A stretch of DNA of 63,729 nucleotides, the filler included, from Reclinomonas americana ATCC 50394 (taxonomy: Eukaryota), in NCBI GenBank assembly GCA_048213135.1. It is 8 parts of 4 records of this genome, joined end to end, with 100 filler letters (N's around TTAATTAATTAA, not from the genome) between each part and the next. Parts side by side here need not be neighbours in the genome. Positions count along the whole stretch, not along the records: positions 52,253 to 55,265 come from PS015019.1; positions 55,366 to 58,739 come from PS015020.1; positions 58,840 to 60,636 come from PS015020.1; positions 60,737 to 62,509 come from PS015020.1; positions 62,610 to 63,729 come from PS015024.1; 3 more parts are not named here. One strand, 5' to 3'. The translations under genes and the position numbers were made by a program. Below, piece after piece: positions 52,475-63,729 of the stretch (its first letter is position 1; each line of letters starts with the position of its first letter). Under the pieces are notes generated by a model, which worked only from the letters and a program-made list of their open reading frames with translations, searched no databases and was not told the origin of the DNA.

Positions 52475-52740
52475 CCTCTTCTCCCCTCTGCTGCTCTATT
52501 CCTGTTACCTCTCGTTTTCTATCATTGCATCCCTTGCCACCGCCTTTCTTGTCTCTTTGCAGAGTCTCTTACTCCTGTCGTGTGCTCATTGTCGCCTTCG
52601 TTTGTCCCTTGCGCTGTCTGTCTTCTCCCTTTCTTCATCTTCTCTCCCTCTGCTGCTCTATTCCTGTTGGCTCTCGTTTCCCTATCATTGCGCCCCTTGC
52701 CACCACCTTTGTTGTCTCTTTGCAGTGTCTCTTTCTCCTA
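52475..52740 (+). repeat. Imperfect direct duplication (about 160-bp period) in a pyrimidine-rich intron
   Basis: CCCTCTGCTGCTCTATTCCTGTT...CTATCATTGC..CCCTTGCCACC..CTTT.TTGTCTCTTTGCAG occurs at about 52484 and about 52646. Confidence 0.8.
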
Positions 52741-52823
52741 CCTTCTCGACCTGCCATATTTCTTGTCCTTCCTTCGCTTCTCCTCCCACTGCCCCTTCTC
52801 ACTTGTTCTCGCGATGACACACA

Positions 52824-55201
52824 GAATCGATGGACGCTCTCCGTGGTCGCCGTCACGTCGGTGTTGATGCTGACGGTGCTGGGCATTGCGTTGCACACTG
52901 TTCCGCAATGTTGCGTCGTTCGTTTGTTTTCGCTTTCTTCTTTTTTTCTTCTCTTCGCGGCTGACATGCTGGAGTTTCAGCGGCGCTGCTGGCTGCCAAT
53001 GGCGCCGTGGCCACGGACCAGCCGACCTGCTCGCAGATGGGTGCCAGTGTGTTGAAGCGCGGCGGCAATGCTGTGGACGCCGCTGTTACCTCCGCGTTGT
53101 GTCTGGGCGTGCTGAATCCCTTCGCCTCGGGCATTGGGGGCGGTGGCTTTATGGTGTTGCGTCTCCATACCCTGCTGTCTCTGCGTCCTCCCTCCCTCGG
53201 CAACCTGTCGCTGAGCTCTCTTGTCTGCGCAGCGTCCACATGGCGAATGGTACACGGACGGCGCTGGATTTCAGAGAAATGGCACCCAGCAACTCCACCG
53301 CCGACATGTACATTGGCAGGGAGAACGAGTCTATGACGGGTCCGCGCGCTGCCGCCATTCCTGGTAAGTGGGAGGGATCATGTTATATTTCTTGCCGCAT
53401 GCTGATGGACGCAATTTGTCGCGCATGCAGGTGAGGTGTCCGGCCTGTGGACGGCACACCAGTTGCACGGTCGGCTTCCGTGGGCGGATCTGGTAATCCC
53501 GTCACATTCGATGTTGAGCTTGCCAATGATTCCATCCCGCTGACTCCGACTTGTGATGCCGAGAACAGGTGCAGCCAGTGGCAGATCTGGCCACCAACGG
53601 ATTTGTGGTGCATGAGCTGCTGGACTTGCGCATCAAGGTCTGCGCTCGCAGATGTTGTTTCAGTTCGCTCGCCTTTATGTCTCATCGCCCGAGAATGTTT
53701 GTAGAGTGTGGAGACTGCCGTTCGTGCGAGCCCGAGCCTCTTTAACGAATTCAGCATCGACGGCCGTCTGATCCAGCAGGGTTTGTCGTTCACATTGTTC
53801 ATATACGCGCCTGTGGAGTGTCACGTATGAACTGTGTGTCTCCACAGGGGATTACTTCCGACGCCCGAAACTGGGTGCCACGCTGAGCAAGATTGCCGCG
53901 GGAGGCGCCGACGTGTATTATCACGTAAGTATCGATTTTTATTTGATTTTCGTCACGGCCGCCGGTGACTCACCGCGCATGACGCAGGGCGACGTGGGTC
54001 GCGATCTACTGGCAGACATGACCGACTTCCAATCACCCTGGAAAGCCGAGGATCTGCAATCGTATACCACGCGAGTTGCGTCTTGGAAGAGACAAGGGAG
54101 AAAGAGAGTTGTTGTGTGCATCTGACGCGGCGGATACGCAGGTCACCACTCCAGTGACCACCTTCTATCGCGGCATGGAGGTTCTCATGATGCCGCCTCC
54201 CTCGTCGGGTGAGTGCGACGTGAATGTGGAGGTTTAATACGTACAAAGAGCAGCTTGGAAGGAAGGCACTGGAACGTCTTCCCCTTCGCCCTCCCTTTCA
54301 CTCTCCCTCTCCCTCTCCCTCTCCCTCTTTCTCTCCCTCGCTCCCTTCCCCGCCCTCATTGATCCATCATCTCACATCTCCTCTTTGGACGGCAGGCGGA
54401 GCGTGGATGAGTCTGGCCCTGAACATGCTCGAGCGGTTCGAGCTCCGCGACATGGCGATCACGGATGCCATCCATGTGATTGTGGAGACCATGAAGTTCG
54501 CGTTTGCGGAGCGCATGCTGCTGGTGCGTCGAGCTGGACATGCTCTCTTCATGCCTCCATGCATCCTCATCTCTATCCTCTACATCGTGCAGGGCGATCC
54601 CGATTTTGTGGACGTCACCGAGGTCCTCCGTCGTGCTGTCGACAAGCACTTTGCCGACCAGCTGCGCCGCGGCATCAGCATGGTGATTTCGCTCATATTC
54701 TTCTGCTTTCCGTCGTTGCCCGTGCGTCTCACCTTTCGAGTAACGCGCAGAAAACCACCTTCCCCGTCGACCACTACATCACCAAAATCTCAACGACCGA
54801 GGACCACGGCACATCGCATTTTTCCATTATCGACTCGGACCGCAACGCCGTGGCCATGACGACAACTGTGCGTCCCCATACACAGGTCGCTTGCGTGTAC
54901 TGCCCTTGCCTCAACATCCGCCACAGGTCAACTTCTCCTTTGGCAGCAAGATCGTGTCCTCGCGCACCGGCATTGTGCTGAACGACCAGATGAACGATTT
55001 CACGGTGGCGCCGGGCAAGTCCAACGGATTTGGTCTGCCGCCATCCAAGGCGAATGAGATTGGTATGTGTGTGGATGTTGGTACGCTGCTGTGGAGGTAT
55101 AGCACTTCTGAAATCACTGCAGCGCCCGGCAAGCGACCTCTGTCGTCCATGTGCCCGACAATTTTCTTGGCCGAGGGCGTGCCGCAGCTGGTCATTGGCG
55201 G
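52824..55201 (+). CDS. GGT: Gamma-glutamyltranspeptidase, type II membrane anchored (both ends truncated by gaps)
   Basis: GAVATD..CSQMGASVLKRGGNAVDAAV, SGIGGGGF, LDFREMAP, MPPPSSGG, nucleophile motif EDHGTSHFSIID, NFSFGS, GIVLNDQMNDF and PGKRPLSSMCP. Confidence 0.95.
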
Positions 55202-55384
55202 TGAGCAGCACATATCACAATGCAGTGCACTTTCTTGTGTTGCCAGTTACCTGACGCACGTGCGTNNNNNNNNNNNNNNNNNNNNNNNNNNNNNNNNNNN
55301 NNNNNNNNNTTAATTAATTAANNNNNNNNNNNNNNNNNNNNNNNNNNNNNNNNNNNNNNNNNNNNACATGCACAGACAGCACAG

Positions 55385-55766
55385 TACCTCGATCAATGCG
55401 CAACCAGTCCACAGTGGCGCTCTCCGACGCCAGATAGCACAGCAAATCACCCCACAACAAGTGCAACTCCAGCACCTCAGGCGCCGCCATGACTCCACTC
55501 GCCGAGGCCACAGCAGCTCCCGTTCCATCACTCGCCAACTCTGCGCTCTCCAGTGTGCGCACAATGCTCTGCACACTGCTCAGGGCCTCGCGCAGAAACG
55601 CCACACTGTCGTCGCCAAAAATGCGGCGGCGATGCAGTGGCAAGAGACGCGCGGCTTCGCGCCATGTGAGTGTGGTGGTGCCGAGAGCGGCTGCAGTGGC
55701 TGCAGCAGAGGAGGAGGAGAGTGACTGGTGGTGGTCGACTCCGTTGGGCGGAGAAACCTCAGTCAT
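55385..55766 (-). CDS. First exon of a hypothetical helical protein
   Basis: ORF MTEVSPPNG...LHLLWGDLLCYL...WLRIDR followed by a GTAC donor-like site and a gap. No domain recognised. Confidence 0.4.
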
Positions 55767-56159
55767 TGTTGTTCACGTGGAATGCGCGTGCGTGTGTGTG
55801 TGAGGGGGAGTTGGATGTGAGTGCGCCCCTCGCTTGGTAGTGGNNNNNNNNNNNNNNNNNNNNACGGAGTGAGTGAGTGAGTGAGTTCTGAGAGAGAGGA
55901 GGGTGTAGTCTGTCGGAAATGTCCGCGCGCACACACACAAGCCGCCCTCTCTCTGTGTGCGTGGTGTGTGTGTGTATTTGTGTGCGTGCTGTTGTGACTG
56001 CACGTGGTAAGGGAGGGAGACCCGGTTTGCTCAATCATGTTGTGTTCAGTCATGAGCATTGTGTGACCAAAGATGGAGAGAGAGAGAGAGAGAGAGAGTG
56101 CACTGCCACTCCTTCCACTCGTTGCTGACCTCTGCTTTCTCCTCTTCTCCTTTTGATAG

Positions 56160-58727
56160 ATGATGAGTATCGAAGGGCGATGGAGGTGTACCTCGCGGGC
56201 ATTCCACCCGACACTCCACCGGAGCTGGAGGCTCATCAGGCCACTGTTCTCAGTCGGACGGGTCGTCTGCATGCGGACTGGAGCTACGAGTTTACCGGAA
56301 ATCGTGCTGACGAGTTGCGTGAGGAAGCAGCTCGGGATATGTTTCTCCTTCTAGGACTTTCTCGCAAATCACGCTTTCCTCTTTGTCTCGCTCCTCAACG
56401 CTGACTCTATACCCTCCCCGCGCGCGTGCTCTCTCTTGCTTTCTTTCTTTCTTCTTCTCCTCTCTCTCCCTCTCTCTTCAATCGAACTTCCCTTGCAACA
56501 ACTCCTCATCTCTGACTCTTCCCTCTTCTCCCTTCGTTTCTCTCTCTCACTCTCTCTCTCTCACACACCCTCCCCTCCCCTCCTTCTCCCTCTTCCTCTT
56601 TCATTCTTCCCCTAAACTTCTCCTTTTTCAGGCTCTGTTGCGAGGGCGTCAAGTACTGCCTGGGCGCACTGGAGGTCAACTCGGCCGACGTGGACGCCTT
56701 GGTCGGTCTGGGCATGTGTTATTCTGCGTGGGCCATTGAGAATGCGTACAACCAGGCGGGCCCCGCTTTCCGCGACAACAGCGATGCGTACTTTAAGGAG
56801 GCGCTGCAGTTGCTGGTATGTTTTTTAATAGTGGCTTGACATCTCCTCCCCTCTTCGTCCCTCATTTGTTGCACACAGGGCGCCGACGGAGCCGGCGTGC
56901 AATTCGCGTGGGGCATTCAGCTGCTCATGCAAAGCTTGGCCTTTGGTGGTGGCATGAAGAGTGCCCTGGTGTCGCGCGGCGAGCGCAATATTGAGACGGC
57001 GCTGGCACTGGCCGATGCCGCCGAGGATGAGGACGCTGTTGCTGAGGGTGGCAGTGCGAGTCGCCGGAAACCGGCCACGTTGGGAGGGGTTTGTGTTCTA
57101 CACTTGCGCGTTTCAGTTTTTGCGTGAACTCATCACATTCGACCGCTTGCAGTACACACTGGCCAGCGAGTCGAACCGCGATGTAAGGTGCAGTCGTCGG
57201 CTGTTGGAGTACGCCGACGCACTGTGCTTGGCCGGTGAGAGTGCAGAGGGTACCGAGGAGCAGGAGCGACTGCTCGGCAAGGCCTCGGACGTGTATGCGG
57301 AGGCTGCCGATCTGGAGAGTGAGTCTGCGTGGCTCATGTTCCGCTGGGCCATTCAACTGCTCTCCTCCGCCAAGCTGGCCACCAAGCGTGATCAGGGTGA
57401 GTGTGTGTGTGTGTGTGGGAGAGACGGGTGCGGTGCGTGTGTGTGTGTACTCAGCGGCAAGTGTGATGCAGGTCTGGCACACTGCGTGCAGTCGATTGAC
57501 AAATTCAAGGATGCCGTGCGACTGAACCCGGATCATGCCGCGTCTTACATGGGATGGTGAGATGCGGTGTACCTCAATCAACACATTTGCTGTCACGCAT
57601 TGCTCATGTCGACGCGTTTGTTTCTCCCCCCAGGGCCTCGGCACTGTTCCTGATGGCGGAGTGGCGAAACGACGAGACCTCGGAGAACCTGTGGCTGCAG
57701 GGCGTCTCCAGATATTTGCAATGTTTGCGCGTGCAAAACCAGGACGAGGAATGCATGGAGAATCTGTTTCATTTTGTGGAGGATCGCGCCCGCTTGGTGA
57801 GCATTGCGGCAGTGCGACCACTCTCGCATCAATCAGCGTCTCACTTCGCACTCTCCCCAGTGCCCAAATACTCGTGCGCGGATCGGCTTGTACGACTCGT
57901 TGAACAGCACGTGCGAGGAGGTGATGGAGCAGACGCCCGACAATTTCGCCGCCCTTCTGCTGCAAGCGTACGCTCTCGATATGACGGGACACGAAACGCT
58001 GGTGAGTGCACATGATGAGGACGATGAAGGGTCGCCGGGATCAGCCGATGGTGTCACCTCTGCCGCCGCCGCCTCCGCCACTCCGCCATCGTCACCGTCG
58101 TCGAGTCGGCGATCGTTTGGTGAGGCCGACGATCCACTGAGTGACATTAATGAGGAGACGGTGTATGGCTTCCGGTGCTTGATCGATGCACGACGCAAGT
58201 ACGAGTCGTATGATCACGAGGCGGACACGCTGAAGGTTTGTCGTGGAAAGGAAGAGAGAGTGAGGTGTTTGGAGAAACGGACAGTGCGATAACAGAGTTT
58301 TTTTCCCGGCAGACACCCTCCTTCTTCCTGGGTCGAGGAACGAATTTGTGGCATCTGGGCAAGGCGGCTGAACTCAAGGATGCCGTGTTGCAAAAGATGT
58401 TGGAGATGGAAAAGGTGCGCGTTGAGAATTTTCTGCTGGCTGCGATGCACTGCTGGCTCACGTTCTTCTTGCCTGGTACGTGCGCAGGCGGCCATGGCCA
58501 TGGACCGCGTGCAGACTCGGGATTTGGAGCGCGGAGACTTGGATGTTGGCGGTCCGGAGGATGGAGAGGCGTCAAGTTCTGGCGTGCAGGAGGCGATGCG
58601 AGTTGCGTGTTCAATCACAAGGCGTTCGTTCCACAGATGTGCTAATCGTTTTCATGGTCTCGCGCAGTCGCGAACTCGTTTGGACTCGTTTGCGCCGCTG
58701 GTGGCCGGTGTGCCGGAGGGCGATGGT
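56160..58727 (+). CDS. TPR-like alpha-helical repeat protein (spliced, incomplete)
   Basis: TPR-like segments ALEVNSADVDALVGLGMCY, SIDKFKDAVRLNPDHAASYMGW|ASALF and VMEQTPDNFAALLLQAYAL, joined by GT-AG introns. Confidence 0.65.
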
Positions 58728-58840
58728 GTGTGTGTGTGTNNNNNNNNNNNNNNNNNNNNNNNNNNNNNNNNNNNNNNNNNNNNTTAATTAATTAANNNNN
58801 NNNNNNNNNNNNNNNNNNNNNNNNNNNNNNNNNNNNNNNA

Positions 58841-60390
58841 CCTTGCCACCAGTGGTAATATCGTTGTTTCCAAATGAGGCATCGGTGACGGAAATTGTGC
58901 CGACTCTTCCTTCCCGCCGCTGCTCGAAAACAGCTCATCCAGTGTGCACAAGCGCCACTGCACAAAGCGACCTTGCTCCTCGAAACGTGAAGAGGACAGC
59001 GTAAAGCCGAATGCATGCGACAGCAGCTTGTGCACCGCCTCCGACGAGCCACGCTGCCATCCGCGAACAGAGTGGACCAGCACGTGGCGCACAGCATCGG
59101 CCACCTCGACATTGTCGTCTCGCTCCCATCGGGTGATGAGCGAGTCCACCAGCTCGGCCACTATTGCGAGGCTGTCGTCACCACCTATTGACAAACGGCG
59201 GGTGATGAGCAGAATGAAATATAGTCAGAAATAGTGCTGCAAGTGCCATGTGTACAACTCACCATCCGCAACACGCTCGCCGCCACGATGCACCAAGCAC
59301 GTATCCAGCAGTCCAGCCAGTCGCACTAGGTCGGCCGACGAGTAGCTCTCGCTCTCGGTGCTCAGAATCACCGACTGCGGCAGATGACGAGTGCGCAAAC
59401 AGACAGCGGCGTCTTGTGAGAACACACATTCTTGCGCGTCACTGAAACACACACACACATACACACCTTTAGTGCCCCGAGAACGACTGCCGGCTGGTGC
59501 GGTTTCATGGCAAAGTAAAACGCCACTTCGTACGCTTGTCGCGCCACCTTGTTCCACCATTCAGCCACCTCGGCCCCTTCGTCACCCTCTCTCTGCACGG
59601 TCAACGAGGCCACCACACGCAAAATGCCTTGAGCCTTCTCATGGAATTCGTGTTGCAGACCCTGCAGGCAAGGAGAGGAAAAAAACACCCCATCCGGGGT
59701 CGGAATCATGATCGTGGAGAGTGAAACAGTCGACAAATAAGCAAACCTTGGCACACTCGAGGGCGAACAATGCCGTGCTCTCTATGAATGCACTCTCACG
59801 AAACGGCTGCTGCTGCTGCTGCCCCTCTTCGTCCGCATCGTTCTTCTGCTGCTCCTCCCCACCAGCGCCATCATTGTCCTTGATGGATGCCGCGCGGCAC
59901 ACGTCATAAAAGTGTGCCAGCAAGGGCTCAGCCTGCTCACCGTCGTCGCCCATCAGGCGACGCAAATGTGGAGCCAGTGAACGTGCCGCCAGTTCGCGCA
60001 TATACACGCGCCCGGACGACAACAGCGGCAACAATGCACGCAACACCGCGGCCGTGCCCTCGGGAAACACATGCCGTCGCGTGTACTTGAGCATGTGACC
60101 AATGCACGTGAAGGCACGCTCCGCAGACGACCTCTTCATCATATGCACCGCCTGCACACTGATCACCTCCAGCGCCTCACACAGATCCTCCGTGGTGAAC
60201 TCCTCCATCAAGTCGCGCGGAAGCTTCTCCAGCAGATCCACACACGGATCGGTGGCCTCATCCGCCGGCAACTTTCGCAAGTGGTCGCACAGGCACGTGA
60301 GGATCTCCCGCTTGTGGTGCAGCACCGCGACGAGGGAGGAGCAGAGGGGGCGGATGTGGCGAGCGATGCGGTTGAAGGAGAGCTACAAGG
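58841..60390 (-). CDS. UTP20: U3 snoRNP/SSU processome component UTP20, N-terminal HEAT region (fragment)
   Basis: SLVAVLHHKREILTCLCDHL...DPCVDLLEKLPRDLMEEF...ERAFTCIGHMLKY...YMRELAARSLAPHLRR follows the conserved UTP20 N-terminal pattern (recalled from memory). Confidence 0.75.
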
Positions 60391-60394
60391 GAAA

Positions 60395-60636
60395 GCAGTT
60401 GGTGAGCAAAGTGGGCAAAGGGGGCAGAAGGGAGGAGGGGAGGGAGGGGGAGGGGAGGGGAGGGGAGGGGAAAGGGCGAAGAGAAGGGAGAAGAGAAGGG
60501 GGAAGAGAAGGGGGAGGAAGAGCAAAGGGGGAGAGCATGGGGGAAGAGCATGGGGGAAGAGAAGGGGTAAGAGAAGGGGGAAGAGCGAAGGGGGAAGAGC
60601 AAGGGGGAAGACGGAAGGGATGAAGAACAAGGAAGG
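60395..60636 (+). repeat. Purine-rich GGGGAAGAG-type low-complexity tract (intronic polypyrimidine tract on the minus strand)
   Basis: Direct reading. Confidence 0.85.
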
Positions 60637-60835
60637 NNNNNNNNNNNNNNNNNNNNNNNNNNNNNNNNNNNNNNNNNNNNTTAATTAATTAANNNNNNNN
60701 NNNNNNNNNNNNNNNNNNNNNNNNNNNNNNNNNNNNGTACGACGACTACGTACCGCCGCCACTACGACGACGTACCGTCCGTCCGTACCTACTACTCTCT
60801 CGACGAACAACAACACGACGACGAACGAAGAAGAC

Positions 60836-60922
<87 letters not shown>

Positions 60923-60976
60923 GCGGATACAAGTTTCATCATCAATCTTCGCCACACTCTGAACCGAACGCCTTAC

Positions 60977-62100
60977 CGCAGTGCTTTTTCACTGGGAGCG
61001 GTCAGTAGCAGCTCCTTGATCGCCACCTCCCTGCCTTCCCAAGATCCGAGATAGATAATACCGAAACCACCTCGGCCCAACTCACGGAATCGCTTCAGTG
61101 ATGTCGGCTGTATGTGTGCAAACTGGAAGATTGGGTCCTCTAGTTGAATGGCAGGAAATGAGTCAACTGTGCTTCAAGAATCGCTCGCAACCTGGGGATG
61201 GAGAAGCAACTTGGATCAAGAAATCGAAGAGTACGTTCAGCAGCAACAGACACATCGCGGCTGCCAGCGACGTCAGCCATTTCCACCTTGGCCACCAATG
61301 TAGCCAGAGAAGCAGTTTGCGCATCGCTGAGGGACACTCGCTCCACCAGCTGAAGGATGCGTTGCAGCACTTGATCTTGCTGTTGCTGTCTCTCGTGGAG
61401 CTGCTGCTGCATTTGACTCTGCTGCTGCATCAATTGATCTTGATGGCCAAGTCGGCGCTCCACAGCACCGTGTAAGCTCAAGACGAGCGCTGCGCCAAAT
61501 TTTGTCATCATACGGCAAACGCAACAAGGACCGACGTGATATACCAGCAACGTCTGCAGCCTCCTGTCGCAGTCGAGTTTCGAGAGCAGATGCTTCAACA
61601 GTCGTAAATGACGCTGAATTGCAGTACATGAGAAAATACAAGCTGTGCACAGTCACTGAGCAGCTGAAGAGGTCAGCACACCTTTTGCGCAGCGCAGAAC
61701 AGCCGATTCCACCTCATTATGACCATAGTCGCCTGAGACTCGATTGGCCTCAAGGATACGGAGATTGTCGACCAAAATAGTTAACACCGCACGTAAGTCA
61801 GCAGTAGGCAGGCTCATCGAGGGCAAATGAGCCACAAGATTCCGCCCTTGCTCACGAATGCAGCGAACGGCGCCAATCTGATGACATCTTCATGAGGCAA
61901 TCCAACTCGGAAATAACAGGAAGAACAAGCGCTCACCACGACATCAGAAGCAACAGGCGTCCCGGCATAGCAACCATGCTCAAGTACTGCACAGCATGTT
62001 GTCGTGTCCCACGTGCTACATCGATGTCCACCAGGATCAGCGACATACGCCGCAATATCGGGCTGCTTTTGGGCGAAGATACGAGGGCATTTGCCGCTTG
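60977..62100 (-). CDS. 5' part of a TKL-type protein kinase with an N-terminal helical domain and Gln-rich coiled coil
   Basis: Not shown in the ORF track. The minus strand 61139-60977 reads DPIFQFAHIQPTSLKRFRELGRGGFGIIYLGSWEGREVAIKELL (subdomains I-II). It splices in phase to the upstream QDQLMQQQSQMQQQLHERQQQQDQVLQRIL exon. Start not located. Confidence 0.7.
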
Positions 62101-62449
62101 AATTTAGGTGACTGCAAACACAGGTATTCAGCATGAACACAAACATGCAACCCGGGCGACAAATCACTCTGCTCACAGCTATCATCGCCGACATTCAGAA
62201 GACTCAGTTTCGCGTACACATGGTAACAAGGGTTGCGCTGTGCTCACAAATGCTCACTCCACTCCGCTTCTCACCACGCCTTCATAATTTACAAGTTCTC
62301 AATTACCAACGTTCTCCGGATCCTGTAATTCATTACCAACCTTGCTGTACCACTGCAACCCCTTTCGCACACTGAAAGTCCATCAACTCTTGGGTAGTCT
62401 TGTTCTCTAGCGTGAAAACTCGAAATGCTGCTCGCATCCCATAGCCGTC

Positions 62450-62496
<47 letters not shown>

Positions 62497-62690
62497 CTCT
62501 CTCTCTCTCNNNNNNNNNNNNNNNNNNNNNNNNNNNNNNNNNNNNNNNNNNNNTTAATTAATTAANNNNNNNNNNNNNNNNNNNNNNNNNNNNNNNNNNN
62601 NNNNNNNNNTGAGGAAATCAAGGGCAAGGTAACACTCGTGCAGCACCCTTTGTACTCTCAACGGACGCTGTGTGCTCACTCTTCTCGCAG

Positions 62691-63729
62691 ATGGCCGAAA
62701 GTGTCAAGACCGAGCAGGAGATTGATATGACTCGTAACTCGTACCGCCCAGTGGCCTTCAAGAGCTCGCTCATGTTCTTCTGCGTGAGCGATCTGGCCGT
62801 GGTCGATCCCATGTACCAGTACTCGCTGCAGTGGTTCATCAACCTCTTTGTGGCGGCCATTGAGAACGCCGAGCAGTCGTCAGAGGTGCGTTGTAGTGTC
62901 CGTGTGCATGTGTGTGTATAGGAGTGCAAGTGCTCACCATTTTTTCGTGCGCAGATTGACAAGCGTCTGCACAACCTGCACGAGTACTTTACGTACTTGC
63001 TGTACCAGAACATTTGCCGCTCGCTGTTTGAGGTCCACAAGCTGCTCTTCTCGTTCATTCTCTGCGTGAAGCTCATGGAGGTGCGTCGATGGGGAAGGAG
63101 GGAGAGGGAGGGAGAAGAGAGAGATAGAGAGAGAAAGGGACACTGATTGGTGTGTCGTGTTGAATGCTACTTTGCGCAAGTTACACTCTGGGTAATGATT
63201 CTCATCCATCATCGCCTCTCTCTGCAGGGTGACGGCAAGATCAACGGCGAAGAGTGGCGCTTCCTGCTGAGCGGTGTGGCGAATCCGTACCAGGACAAGC
63301 CCAACCCGTGCTCGCAGTGGCTCGTCACCAAGGTGCGTGTGTGTTGTCTCTGACTGTCTGTGGCGATCGGCTAAAGTCGGTGTTGCGCAGTCGTGGAGCG
63401 AGATTCAAGCACTGTCGACTCTGCCGGCCTTCAAGGGTCTGGACGAGTCGTTTGCACGACACGGACAGGATTACCGCGCCTTCTTCGAGAGCCAGAACGC
63501 CAACAAGGAGCCGGTGCCGGCTGGCTTTGAGGAGAAGTGGACGCTGTTCCAGAAAATGTGCTTTGTGCGCACCATCAGACCCGATCGAGTGCGTCATCTT
63601 CTGCAAGCCTTGTGTTATTGCTATCGTTGTTGCCTGCTTTTCTCATCGCTCGTCCGTGTGTGTGTGTGTAGGTCATGGATATTGTGCAAGACTTTGTGTC
63701 GACGAACCTGTCGCCAGCGTTCATTGACG
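62691..63729 (+). CDS. Axonemal dynein heavy chain, internal fragment (AAA5-AAA6 region)
   Basis: [74 protein letters not shown] and [14 protein letters not shown]. Confidence 0.95.

Noticed and set aside
60973-60975. In-frame TAA after kinase subdomain II, suggesting a pseudogene or stop-codon reassignment
   Set aside because: It lies within a GTAAGG donor, so it is intronic. All three stop codons terminate other genes normally.

Overview
Gene-dense, intron-rich, GC-rich nuclear DNA from a eukaryotic microbe. It is probably flagellated (axonemal dynein heavy chain); the taxon cannot be determined from the sequence. The draft assembly has many N-gaps and seven artificial N-TTAATTAATTAA-N contig spacers. 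The standard genetic code is used (TAA, TAG and TGA all end genes). Spliced genes were reconstructed by eye, so exon limits are approximate: GPLD1, a two-domain GT32, an FkbM methyltransferase, a tiny Gly-Pro-Leu repeat gene, an NmrA-like gene, an Rh ammonium channel, a SET protein, CSN5, adenylosuccinate synthetase, a giant ankyrin protein with a 108-bp coding array, a glutaminase-fold protein, an LRR protein, REV3, metaxin, TBL2, HINT, a tectonin-type lectin, a VPS13 N-terminus, GGT, a TPR-like protein, UTP20, a TKL-type kinase and a dynein heavy chain. Three observations stand out. (1) The glutaminase homologue has lost both residues of the catalytic S-x-x-K motif but keeps the substrate-binding residues, so it is a candidate glutamine-binding pseudoenzyme or sensor. 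(2) A recurrent second class of 5' splice sites, GT-T-NCG/GT-T-GAG, looks like the usual GTGCG/GTGAG donor shifted by one nucleotide. (3) Two genes have exon blocks on opposite strands across gaps, most likely from contig mis-orientation. No rRNA, tRNA, CRISPR array or recognisable transposon was found.
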